Source of the DNA: a virus
Taxonomy: Duplodnaviria; Heunggongvirae; Uroviricota; Caudoviricetes
DNA length: 55,346 bases
Reading direction: 5' to 3' (one strand)
Virus record (IMG/VR): IMGVR_UViG_2645727811_000003
Span: 64,001-119,346 of that record
Shown here: positions 36,903 to 47,619 of the stretch, piece after piece
Numbering within the stretch: the first letter of the stretch is position 1
How the letters are laid out: every line of letters starts with the position of its first letter
The notes under the pieces: model-generated
Database searches by the model: none
Told to the model about the DNA's origin: nothing
The model's input: the letters and a program-made list of their open reading frames with translations, nothing else
Made by a program: the position numbers and the translations under genes

Positions 36903-39177
36903 ATTTGTGCGAGATTATTTCAAGAAACATGGATGTGAACTTATTTCAGAATTTAAAAACGTTAGGCAGATACTTTCTTACAGATGTGTTTGCGGAGAAA
37001 TAGGAACTACAAATTTTTATTCATTTAGAAACAGCCATCATAAAAAATGCAATAAATGTGTAAGAAAAAAAGCAAAGAAGCCGAATAAACTAGACTTTGA
37101 ATATGTGAAAAAATTTTTTAAAGAGAATAATTGTGAGCTCCTTGAATCCATGTATATTAATAGCTCTACTAAGATGGCTTATATCTGTTCGTGTGGGAAA
37201 AAAGATTATAAGACTTGGAATAAATTTAGAGCAGGACAAAGGTGTAAGGATTGTGCAATAAATCAGAGTGCTGAAAAACAGAGAGCAGATTCTTCATATG
37301 TTGAAAACTTTCTAAAAGAACATGGATTTTCAATAGCCGATGGGAAATATGTAAATACAAATTCAAAAATGTTGCTTATTTGCCAATGTGGAAAACCAAC
37401 TGAACGAACATGGAGTTCAGTTAAACAGAGTCCAAAATGCAACTGTTCAATTCATTACACAAAACCCTTAAAAAGAAAGTTTACAAAAGAGGATCTGATT
37501 AATTTTTATTGGAAATTAAAGAACGATCTTGGAAGATACCCTAGTTTAGAGGATTTAAAGAAAAATCCGTCTTCCCCTTCCCCATCTGTTTACGAACGAA
37601 AGTTTGGGGGATGGGTAAAGTTTTTAGAGAGTATTGGAGTAATGACTAGTGACAGATGGTATGTTGATGACATCGAAACCTTAAAGCGTATGTATGCTGA
37701 CTATTCTTATGAAGAAATAAACAATGCTCTTATTAAGAAAAGGAGTAAAAGCACCATACAGCATAAAGCCAATAGCCTTGGACTGAAAAGATCTTACAAG
37801 GCTAAATTTGGAAAGGAGAAATTCTCAAATGAGTATTTAATAACTTTTTTGAAGAATTTCTACGACAAATACAATCGAACCCCTGTTGCAAAAGATTTTG
37901 TGGGAAATGATTTAAACTATGATACTTTCACTAAACGTTTTGGCTCTTGGAATAATGCGCTAAAAAAAGCTGGTCTACCAATTAATAGAGAACGATCAAA
38001 AAATCTCTCTAATAATGAATTACTTAAAATGAAGGAAATGTATGAAGCAGGAGTTGATATGCAAGATATAGCAAAACACTTTAATTATACACATACTGCG
38101 CCTATTTATTATCATTTGAATAAGATGAATGTTAATCTAACACGTAATAATCGTTGGTCAGAAAAACAAATCCACTATTTGAAAGCTCACTATCCTAACG
38201 CAGAGTGGAAGGATTTACTTAAAAACCTTGCACCTTTTTCAAAAGAGAGTATTACTACAAAGGCTTATAAACTCGGCATAAAAAGAAACTCAAATTTTTA
38301 CACCGAAAAAGAAGAAAAGATTCTTCGAAAATTTTATGGAAAAGTGTCTTTTCATGAACTCCTTAAGATGTTGCCTAATAGAACGGAATCTTCTGTTGTT
38401 TCTAAAGTTAATCATATGGGTTTAAAAATTAGAGAATTTTGGAGCGAAGAAGATATTAACATGCTGAAAAAACATTATCAGACCTCTACTGATGAAGAAT
38501 TATTAAAAATGTTCAAAGATAGATCATGGTCTTCGATTCAAAGTATGGCAACAAAAAATTTGAATCTAAAGAGAACGAAGGAATATTACAAAAATAAAAA
38601 AGAAAAAATTAGAGATCATCTAATCAAAGAACTTATAGAGTACGCTCATGCTTTAGGAAGAACACCTACATCAGTAGAAGTTCAAAAGAACCGAAACCTA
38701 CAAGGAATTTCAACATATATTAGGTATTTTGATGGTTACAGAAATGCTTGTCTAAAAGCAGGTCTTGATCCTAATCAATCTATTTTTGGTAGGTCAATTC
38801 ACTGTATATCATTAAATGGGGATGTATGCCTTTCAAAAAAAGAGAAAGAAATAACCGACTTATTTATAAAAAATAACATAGCGTATGTAAAAGAGGTTCT
38901 TTATAAAGATATACTGGGCAAAAATAATATTCCAAATATAAAACTTGATTGGTTTGTTAACAACAGAGTCATTGTTGAGTATTTCGGAATGACAGATAAA
39001 GATTATTATAAAAAAAGAGCTAATTATAAAATAGAGTTTTGTAAGAAGTATGGCATTCCATTGATTCCGCTGTACCCTGATGATTTAACGAATAACTACA
39101 ACGGCTTAAAAGAAAAATTTAAAACTCATGGAATTAACTTTGGGAATGGAGATGAACAAAATGAAAAAATACGTTAA
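36880..39177 (+). CDS. Large free-standing endonuclease-like protein with repeated DNA-binding modules
   Basis: Three Y.N…C.CG zinc-ribbon repeats, three R.P…F/Y..FG.W…G homing-endonuclease-associated repeats, W(S/T)EE HTH-like repeats, C-terminal S..E…D…VEYFG PD-(D/E)XK-like domain; AAGGGAG RBS supports TTG 36880. Confidence 0.78.
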   Translation: MAQIYTHEFVRDYFKKHGCELISEFKNVRQILSYRCVCGEIGTTNFYSFRNSHHKKCNKCVRKKAKKPNKLDFEYVKKFFKENNCELLESMYINSSTKMAYICSCGKKDYKTWNKFRAGQRCKDCAINQSAEKQRADSSYVENFLKEHGFSIADGKYVNTNSKMLLICQCGKPTERTWSSVKQSPKCNCSIHYTKPLKRKFTKEDLINFYWKLKNDLGRYPSLEDLKKNPSSPSPSVYERKFGGWVKFLESIGVMTSDRWYVDDIETLKRMYADYSYEEINNALIKKRSKSTIQHKANSLGLKRSYKAKFGKEKFSNEYLITFLKNFYDKYNRTPVAKDFVGNDLNYDTFTKRFGSWNNALKKAGLPINRERSKNLSNNELLKMKEMYEAGVDMQDIAKHFNYTHTAPIYYHLNKMNVNLTRNNRWSEKQIHYLKAHYPNAEWKDLLKNLAPFSKESITTKAYKLGIKRNSNFYTEKEEKILRKFYGKVSFHELLKMLPNRTESSVVSKVNHMGLKIREFWSEEDINMLKKHYQTSTDEELLKMFKDRSWSSIQSMATKNLNLKRTKEYYKNKKEKIRDHLIKELIEYAHALGRTPTSVEVQKNRNLQGISTYIRYFDGYRNACLKAGLDPNQSIFGRSIHCISLNGDVCLSKKEKEITDLFIKNNIAYVKEVLYKDILGKNNIPNIKLDWFVNNRVIVEYFGMTDKDYYKKRANYKIEFCKKYGIPLIPLYPDDLTNNYNGLKEKFKTHGINFGNGDEQNEKIR

Positions 39178-39412
39178 TCACTTGACATTGACTATAGCCG
39201 CTTGTCAAACAACTCACGGCAACTCAGAAGATGAAGCTAAACGATTTACCGAATATGATTTATTGGATTTTGGAGAGTTTGAAGAACTTAAAGAAATAAC
39301 ATTAATAAATTTTGACGATGATAAAATAACCCTTCAAGCCTTTAATATGGGGCTTGAAATTGAGGACACCGAAGAAATCGATGAAGAAGATGAATTGCTA
39401 TACATAAAATAA
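39161..39412 (+). CDS. Acidic hypothetical protein
   Basis: GGAG RBS supports ATG 39161; terminator follows. Confidence 0.7.
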   Translation: MKKYVNHLTLTIAACQTTHGNSEDEAKRFTEYDLLDFGEFEELKEITLINFDDDKITLQAFNMGLEIEDTEEIDEEDELLYIK

Positions 39413-39424
39413 ATGATTTTCTTG

Positions 39425-39448
39425 ACTCTGCTAATGCAGAGTTTTTTT
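39425..39448 (+). terminator. Rho-independent terminator
   Basis: ACTCTGC-taat-GCAGAGT plus T tract. Confidence 0.8.
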
Positions 39449-39499
39449 ATTTTTGTCCACCTCTCCCCCACTCTTGGCTTTGAAAGGATGTGATTATTA

Positions 39500-40891
39500 T
39501 TGAGTCAACAGTTGAAAATTGTAGTTACTCCAGTTGCTGACACCTCCGCTCAATCAGTCGAGCAAATCAACAAACAGCTTAAAGTACTACAATCTAAGTT
39601 AAACTCCCTTCAACTCAAAACGAATATTGATGCTTCTGCTTTAAAAACCCTCAAAGAATTCTCTTCTGCAGTTGAAACATATCAAAAAAATCTCAAGAAT
39701 TACAACCAGACAGTTAAAGAAACACAAACCGTCATTAAGAATGCTGATGGGACAACTGAAAAAATCATTCAGCAGCACAAAAAGAATGGTGAAATACTTC
39801 AGCGAGAAATTAAGACGATTGATAATCGAAATCAAAAGATTCGTCAAGAAACTCAAGAAACAGCAAAATTAACCTCTGAAATTCAAAAGCTTGGACAAGC
39901 TCAAAAGATAATTGAACGTCAAAATGCTCAAGGTATCAAGACAGGCACTACTCACAAAAATCGTGATGGTTTTAAGGATATTACGTACAATCTCGACCAA
40001 AATGGGAATATTAAAAACTCAACCACTGTAACAAATCTTGATCAACAAAGAAAAGCAATCGAACAGCTTAGAGTAAGCTTACAAAGACTAAAAGAGCAAG
40101 GGCAACTGTCTGAAGTCACCCTCTCCTCTCTTGGAAGAAAAATTAATTTAGCTCAGTCTACAGAACAAATTGAAGCACTCAGAGTCAAGCTTAAGACTCT
40201 TGATGACAAATCAGCAGCAGTCGCAAAGACTAAAGAGCTTGAAAGGCAGTTAGAACTATATAGAAGACAAGCACAGGTAAATACTCAGAACCTGCAAAAC
40301 AGATACGGTAGCTCATTGAGCAATGCAAGTAATCAACAGCTTCAACAGTATTTGAATTCAGTTAATCAATTAACTGCAAGGACACCTAATCTAAGAAATC
40401 AGATGGCTAGTCTTAATATGCAGTTTAGGGAAATGTCCTCTAACATTGCTGCTACTACAAGGCAGACAATGGGTTTTGTTGAGCAATTAGGAGTCGCTGC
40501 CGCCCGCATACCGGTGTGGTTTGCTGGTATGACAATGTTCATGGGGCCAATTCGCGGGTTGCAGTCGATAGTTGATCAAGTTATTCAAATTGACACACTT
40601 ATGACTGAAATTCGCAGGGTCATGGATGAGCCTAATTATAAGTTCAATGATATGTTGCAAGAAGCAGTTGAGATGGGAGATCAGCTTTCCAATAAGATTT
40701 CAGATATTCTTCAGATGACAAGTTCATTTGGAAGAATGGGATTTGATGAAGCTGAACTAGGAAGCATTACTAAAACTGCAGAAGTTCTTCAAAACGTATC
40801 GAATCTGTCCGTAGATGAAACGGTCAATACTTTGACAAGTGCAATGTTAAACTTTAATGTTGCCGCACAAGACTCAATTTCAATTGCCGAT
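39500..40891 (+). CDS. cwlP: Tape measure protein, exon 1
   Basis: TTG start with AAAGGA RBS; coiled coil and TMP repeat region; ends …SIAD at an intron 5' site. Confidence 0.92.
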
Positions 40892-41166
40892 TAATTATAG
40901 TCGCCTTATACAGTAATGTATAAGTGTAAACCCAGTGAACCCTATTGCTCAGGGGTGTGTCCTCTTCTAAGGATGCTAACGGTGGAACTCTAAGGGAGAA
41001 ATCCTATGACAATACCGTGCCAAGCCTATTTTAGGAAGGTGTAACGACTAACTTTTGTGGTGTAGAGCAGATTTTGAGCTACTGTTCGAAGCGCTGGGCA
41101 TCCCAATGGGATGAAGATATAGTCTAGTCCCCTACTTAAGTATCGGGAAACCGAGGGTATTATTCG
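40892..41166 (+). mobile_element. Group I intron 1 (275 nt, ORF-less)
   Basis: Exon ends in U; P1 CGAU/GUCG with U.G pair; P3 CCCAGTG/CGCTGGG; GTAACGACTA and AAGATATAGTC (P7); terminal G; splicing gives IAD|KLNEVDNN. Confidence 0.95.
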
Positions 41167-41548
41167 AAATTAAATGAAGTCGACAACAACTATGCGGTTA
41201 CAACACAAGACCTGGCTAACTCCATAAGGAAGGCTGGCGCGACCGCTTCAACCTTCTCAGTGGATTTAAACGATTTAATCGGATATACCACTGCAGTGGC
41301 CAGTACCACTCGTGAATCCGGCAATATAGTGGGAAATGCATTAAAAACAATCTTCGCAAGGATCGGAAACAATGAAAGTTCTATAAAAGCTTTAGATCAA
41401 ATTGGGATCTCCGTCAAAAAAGCTGGAGGAGAAGCCAAAAGTTCAAGTGAACTAATCGAAGAGGTTGCCGATAAATGGAATTCATTAAGCGATGCTCAAA
41501 AACAAAACACAAGTATTGGTGTAGCAGGTATTTATCAGCTTTCTCGAT
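41167..41548 (+). CDS. cwlP: Tape measure protein, exon 2
   Basis: KLNEVDNNYAVTT…GIYQLSR continues the TMP repeat region. Confidence 0.92.
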
Positions 41549-41881
41549 TAATCAATAGTCGCCTAGTTAAGTAATTAGCTAGTGAAAAGTCAGTGAACCT
41601 AATTTAGGGTGTAATGTGATCGCTTAGATTTAAGTAGGAAATGACTTATTAATCATATTGCTAACAGGGAAAATCTAAGTCAGAGTTGATATGATGACCC
41701 TGTGCCAAGTATTTGCATCATGCTGCGAAGCACATGCAAATGAAGGTGCAACGACCATCCCTTTTGGGAGTAGTTTGCAGGTGAAATTCCTGCTTACGAA
41801 GCGCTGGCTGCCCTTTAGTTAAAAAAGAGGCAAAGATATGGTCTACTCCGTTTAAATATTCCGAAAGGAACGGTACAAAGG
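41549..41881 (+). mobile_element. Group I intron 2 (333 nt, ORF-less)
   Basis: Same CGAU|UAAU…UAGUCG P1; P3 GTCAGTG/CGCTGGC; GCAACGACCA and AAGATATGGTC (P7); terminal G; splicing gives SR-T|TT(F)-NALMNNF. Confidence 0.95.
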
Positions 41882-44800
41882 TTAACGCGTTAATGAACAA
41901 CTTCTCGATTGCCCAGGATTCGGCAACTACGGCTGCGGAATCAACCGGAAGCGCATGGAAAGAACAGGAAAAATATTCAGAAAGTCTCCAGGCAAGAATA
42001 AATCGATTATCAAACGCGTGGACAGAATTGAGTTTAGCCTCTGGGGATGCAGTAGTTTCAGATGGCATAGTTGCGCTTACAGAAACTCTAAAAGACGTTG
42101 TTCAAATCGGAACAGGTATAACAAAAACAATCGGACTCCTTCCTCAAGTTTTTGGCATTGCAACTACTGCGGTATTACTCTTTAACGCTTCACTTAGAAC
42201 CGGAGCCATAGCTAATGGGAACTTATTCTTAAGACTGCTTAACAACTTCCCTACATCGTTAACTGCCTTTTCCTCTTCCATGACTGGAGCAGCAATAAGA
42301 GCACGTTTTTTAAATATTACGTTAGCTACATTAAAAACAACCGCTCGAACAACAATGGCTTTTCTTGCAGGTGCTGTACTGCCTATGGCGGGGTTCATGG
42401 CTTTAGGCTTCGTAATCGAAAAACTTGTCTCTGCTTTTTCTGATGCTAAACAAGAACAAGAAAAGCTTGCAGAGTCACAAAAGAAAAGTGTTGAAGCAAT
42501 AACCACAAATAAAGAGCAGACAGATCAGTTAATCCAAAAATATAAAGAGCTGCAAAAAGCAAAAGATAACGGTTCCCTCTCCCCCGACAAGGAGCAAGAA
42601 TATCTACAGGTCACGCAACAATTAGCACAAATGTTCCCTAATTTGATTTCTGGCTATGACTCCCAAGGTAATGCCATCATTAAAAATAATGAAGCGTTAG
42701 AAGATGCCATAAAATACACCAAAGAATTAGCCGAATTAAACAAAAAAGACATTCAAACTGGTGCAAATAGCAACTTTAAAGAAACTCTGAGTGATATCAG
42801 TAATCTGACTGATGAAATGAAAGAGTATCAAAAAGTTGCAGACCATTATAAAAATAATGATCGGCCATTCTGGGATATCTTCGACAGCGACAGTGATTAT
42901 AAAAATTTTGGGATTAAAGCTGAACAACAAGCTCTTCAAGTCAATCAGAAGTTATCTAGTTCTCAAGCTAAACTTAGAGACCAGGTGCTGCAAACTGTTG
43001 ACGCTTATAACTCCCTTAAAATCAACCCTCAGTTAACCAAAGATATTAACGAAGCCTTCAATAAAATTGACTTTAGTAAGATGACTTCTGATGAATTAGA
43101 GTCGTTTTCCATTAATGTTTCAAAATACATGGATGACATTCAGAAAGCATTAGAATCAGGAAATAAAGTTGATTTCTCAAGAGCATCTCAAGCACTTCAG
43201 AATTTAATTAATCAACAAATCAAAGGTTCTGATGAAGCTGACAAACTTTCCTTATCATATGATGACCTAAAGAATGCTATAGACTCTACAAAAAATGCTG
43301 CTGATTCTGCAAAGGTCACTTGGGATGAAAATGGTGAAGGTGTAAACGAATTAACAGGAGAAGTTGAAGATTTAAGTCAAAAGCTCAAGGATGCAAAAGG
43401 CGATCTAGAGGCAATAAAAGCTGTAATGGACGATTTGGTGGCTTCTCAGCAAACAGAACTAGCTATTTCTGCCCTTCAAAATGAAGCATATGATTCTTTT
43501 GCTGACTCCATCTCCCCTCTCAATGAACTTCTTGAGAAAATGGCTGAAGGAAAAAGTATCTCAGCTGCTGAAGCAATGAAACTGGTTCAAAAAGAAAAAG
43601 ACTTGGCTGGAGCTATTACTGTTGAAAACGGCGTAGTTAAATTAAACCGAGATGCAATCATAAAACTACGTGATGCGAAACTTAAAGCATACAACGACAT
43701 GCAAAAGTCAGTTAAACAGGATTTAATCAACCAGGCAAACGCAACAGTAAAGAAAATAAAGAACTATGGTTTAGAGGTCAAATCAATCCAGACTGTTGCC
43801 GATGCGCAAGCCAACCTTTCCAAAATGAGAAAACAAGTAGACACTTTGATGGAAAGTGGCAATATCCAGATGGCAATGCCAATCATTAAAGAAATAAACG
43901 AGTTGAGCGACGTCACTGGACAGTTAGAAGATCTGGATAAAATGGCTGAATTGGCCAACTCATCTTTAAATGAAGTTGGTACGTCCCTTGAGAAATATTC
44001 TGATGAACAAGAGAAAGCCAGCAAAGAAACTGAGAAATCCAAATACGTCATTGATAAATATAAAGAAGCCCTTGAAAAAGTAAATGCAGAAATTGAGAAA
44101 TACAACAAGCAAACCAATGATTATCCTAAATGGTCACAAAAATACAGAGATGCAATCAATAAGGAAATCAAGGCATTAGAGCGTAAGAAAAAGCTAATGC
44201 AAGATCAGATTAAACTGCTGAAACAGCAAATTAAATCTGGTTATATTCCTCAAACTGGACTTGTTACCTCCGCTTCCTCTTCTGGTTCTTCATCAGGTTC
44301 ATATTCTTCTGGAGGATCGTATTCTGGTAAATATTCTTCTTACATTAATGCTGCGGCAAGTAAATATGGTGTTGATCCTGCCCTAATCGCGGCAATTATT
44401 AAACAAGAATCAAACTTCAATGTCAAAGCTCGTTCTGGCGCTGGAGCAATGGGCTTAATGCAACTCATGCCTGGTACTGCAAAAAGTCTCGGCGTAACAA
44501 ATGCATATGATCCATACCAAAACATTATGGGCGGTACAAAATATATTTCTCAGATGCTTAACAAGTTTGGCGGAAACATCGAGAAAGCTTTAGCTGCTTA
44601 CAACGCGGGGCCAGGAAACGTAATTAAATATGGTGGTACCCCTCCTTTTAAAGAAACGCAAAATTATGTTAAGAAAGTACTCTCCAACTACAATAAGAGC
44701 TTATCTACAGCCACCTCCAAGATCGCAAATTATTACACGAGCAGCAATGGATTTAGAGTAAGTTCAAAGTTTGGAGCGCAAGAAAGTGGTCTCCGCTCCT

Positions 44801-46800
44801 CCCCTCACAAAGGAACAGACTTCGCAGCCAAAGCTGGAACCCCTGTAAAAGCATTGAAAGCTGGTAAAGTCATAACCGCTACCTATTCAAAAACAGCAGG
44901 TAACTGGGTTGTCATTCAACAGGATGATGGAACAGTTGCAAAATATATGCACATGCAAAACGGCCTTAAAGTTAAGAAAGGTGATGTTGTATCTGCTGGC
45001 CAAACAATAGGTAAAGTAGGAAGCACTGGACACTCAACGGGAAACCACCTCCACCTACAAATTGAGCAAAATGGCAAACCAATTGACCCAGAAAAGTATA
45101 TGCAGGGCTTAACCTCAGATCTTTCTCAGTCTGAAGCTGAAAGACAACAAGCCCTTTCACAGGCAAAATCGGATTTAATCGGTTTGCAAGGTGATTTAGA
45201 TGCAGTTAATGATCAAATTCAAGACCTGCAATACGAATTGGTTCAATCCAAGCTTGATGAATTTGATAAACGGAAATCTGATCTAGAAGTCAAAATTGCT
45301 AAAAATGAGTCTTTAGCCAAACGTTACCTTTCTGACAGCAAGGAATTTCGCAAATATACAAATGAGCAGAAGAAAGCTGTTGATGAGCAACGCAAAATTC
45401 AACAGCAAAAAATTAACTGGATCAACAAAGAGTTAAAAACAAATAAAAAACTTAACTATGCTCAACGCGATCAATTAAGAGAAGAGCTGAAACAGGCTAA
45501 ATTAGATCTTATCTCCTTACAAGATCAAGTCAGAGAGCTCCAAGGGGAACTGATTCAGTCACAGGTTGACCAGACACTCAATAATATTGAGAAATCTGTT
45601 AAGAAAACTGAATCCAAACTTAAAGATGTTGATATCAAAATTCAAATGACTGAAGATGACAATCAAAAAGTCAAGTACTACAGTCAGCAAGTAAAATTGA
45701 TTCAACAGCAACAAGCTGAAGCAAAAAAGTACATTAAGCAACTTGAAGCACAGAAAAAGGCAGCTAAAGGTTTCCCTGATATCCAGAAACAAATCACAGA
45801 GGAAATTGAAAACTGGAAGGATAAACAGAAGGATTACAACCTAGAGCTTTATAACACCAAGAAGTCCATTAAAGATATCTATAAATCACTCGCAGATGAA
45901 GTTGTTTCAATTTATAAAGAAATGTACGAAAAAATGCGGGATATTGAGCTGGAAGCACATCGAAAAGCAACTCAAGATATAATCGATGAAATTGATAAAG
46001 AAGATGACGAAGCTAAGTTCCAGAAATCACTTAAAGAAAAACAAGATGCCATTCAAGAAACAAAAGACAAGATAAACAAACTGTCTCTCGATGATTCAGA
46101 TGAAGCAAAAGCAAAACTAAAAGATTTAGATAAGCAGCTCCAAGAACAGCAACAAGATCTTGATGAATTTTTAAAGGATCGTGAAAATTCCAAACGTAAA
46201 GAAGCATTACAGGATCAACTTGAAAAAGATGAGAAATCAATAAACACCAAGTATGATGATCTTGTCAACGACGAAAGAGCATTCAAAAAGCTTGAGGATA
46301 AGTTGATGGATGGAAAGATTACCGATATCGCCAAACAGCTCAATGAGTTTTCAAAGTTCATTAACAGCAATATGGAGTCTATTGGTAAGAGTATCTCCAA
46401 CAATCTAATTGATAAGCTTAAAGAAGCCTCCAAAGCTTTAAATGTTGTAGTCGCTGGAAACACCACAGGTAAGAAAGTTGCCTCTTTTGATGTGGGTGGC
46501 TATACAGGAACATGGGGCAGTTCGGGAAGACTTGCAATGCTCCATGAGCAAGAACTTGTTTTAAATAAAGCTGATACAAGCAATGTCTTGAAAATTGTTG
46601 AGCTCACCCGAAACATTTTTGGAGATATCCAAACAAAAGCTGCAATCCCTTCCCCTAATGCTACATCTAATCAAACGACAAGTAACCAAACATTTAATTT
46701 TAACTTTAATGTAGATAAGATGACTGGCTCTAAAGATGATGCAAATAAATTCTTAGGAGAAGCATTTAACATTGTATCAGCTAGAGGGGTTAAAATTTAG
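41882..46800 (+). CDS. cwlP: Tape measure protein, exon 3, with SLT lytic transglycosylase and M23 peptidase domains
   Basis: IKQESNF…GLMQLMP (SLT); HKGTD, YMHM, STGNHLH (M23); spliced product 2230 aa. Confidence 0.95.
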
Positions 46801-46830
46801 AGTCGGCAAGATGTCGACTCTTTCTATTTT
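46799..46830 (+). terminator. Terminator-like hairpin
   Basis: AGAGTCGGC-aagat-GTCGACTCT followed by a T-rich tract. Confidence 0.65.
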
Positions 46831-46854
46831 TGAAAGGATGGTGATATATCATCA

Positions 46855-47616
46855 ATGATAAGAGAGAGTCTGTACTTCATTTTCGGGAACGAAAAATCCA
46901 CAGATATGGGTGTTGAAAACGTCAATACTGATGGGGGGTTAGTTGAAGAAACATTCCTAGCTACCTCATCAATTAACGAAACCTCCATCAAAGGTAATGA
47001 TACCCCCTTCTATGAAGGGAAAAAACGTGACCCAAAGCAATTCAATCTTAATTTTTATATAAAGGATTACTGGAATCAAAAAAGGATCGCCAACATTAAA
47101 CGATGGCTGGATGTTGATACATACCAGCCTTTTTCTTTCAGTGACAATCTTGACATTGTTTATTATGCAATGCCTGTAGATGCAAATGATTTAGTTCACA
47201 ATGCGAGCAAGGAAGGCTATGTAAGGCTAACTATGAGGTGTGATTCCCCTTATGCCTACAGTAGGACTATAACTACTCCGTGGCACGATGCTTCTAAGGA
47301 AGACATTACAGTTGAGATTAACAATAAAGGTGAATGCACCGTTATTCCATCGTTTAAAATTCAAAAGATCGGTAAGGGAGATGTTAAAATTGAAAATTTA
47401 AGCTACTTCTCCTCCCCTTCTGAATTCACCGATCTTGAAGATGGCGAAACAATAACAGTTACTGGAGAAAAAGAAATTGTAGAATCATCAATATACGGCG
47501 ATGAACGTTACGACAATTTTAATGATGAATACCTTCTACTGGGCTATGGGATGAACCGAATTAGAGTTTCAGGAAGTTGTAGAATTCTTTTCAATTATAG
47601 ATTTAAATATCGTTAG
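46855..47616 (+). CDS. yomH: Distal tail (Dit-like) protein
   Basis: 253 aa directly after the TMP; C..PYAYS and G.N.I motifs typical of Dit. Confidence 0.82.
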   Translation: MIRESLYFIFGNEKSTDMGVENVNTDGGLVEETFLATSSINETSIKGNDTPFYEGKKRDPKQFNLNFYIKDYWNQKRIANIKRWLDVDTYQPFSFSDNLDIVYYAMPVDANDLVHNASKEGYVRLTMRCDSPYAYSRTITTPWHDASKEDITVEINNKGECTVIPSFKIQKIGKGDVKIENLSYFSSPSEFTDLEDGETITVTGEKEIVESSIYGDERYDNFNDEYLLLGYGMNRIRVSGSCRILFNYRFKYR

Positions 47617-47619
47617 GAG

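Noticed and set aside
41260-41574. 104-aa ORF as an independent gene; TMP as a pseudogene
   Set aside because: It is part of exon 2 read into intron 2; splicing restores the full tape-measure frame.
41718-46466. Numerous 60-120 aa antisense or alternate-frame ORFs within the TMP and other long genes
   Set aside because: Shadow ORFs without RBS, fully overlapping well-supported genes.
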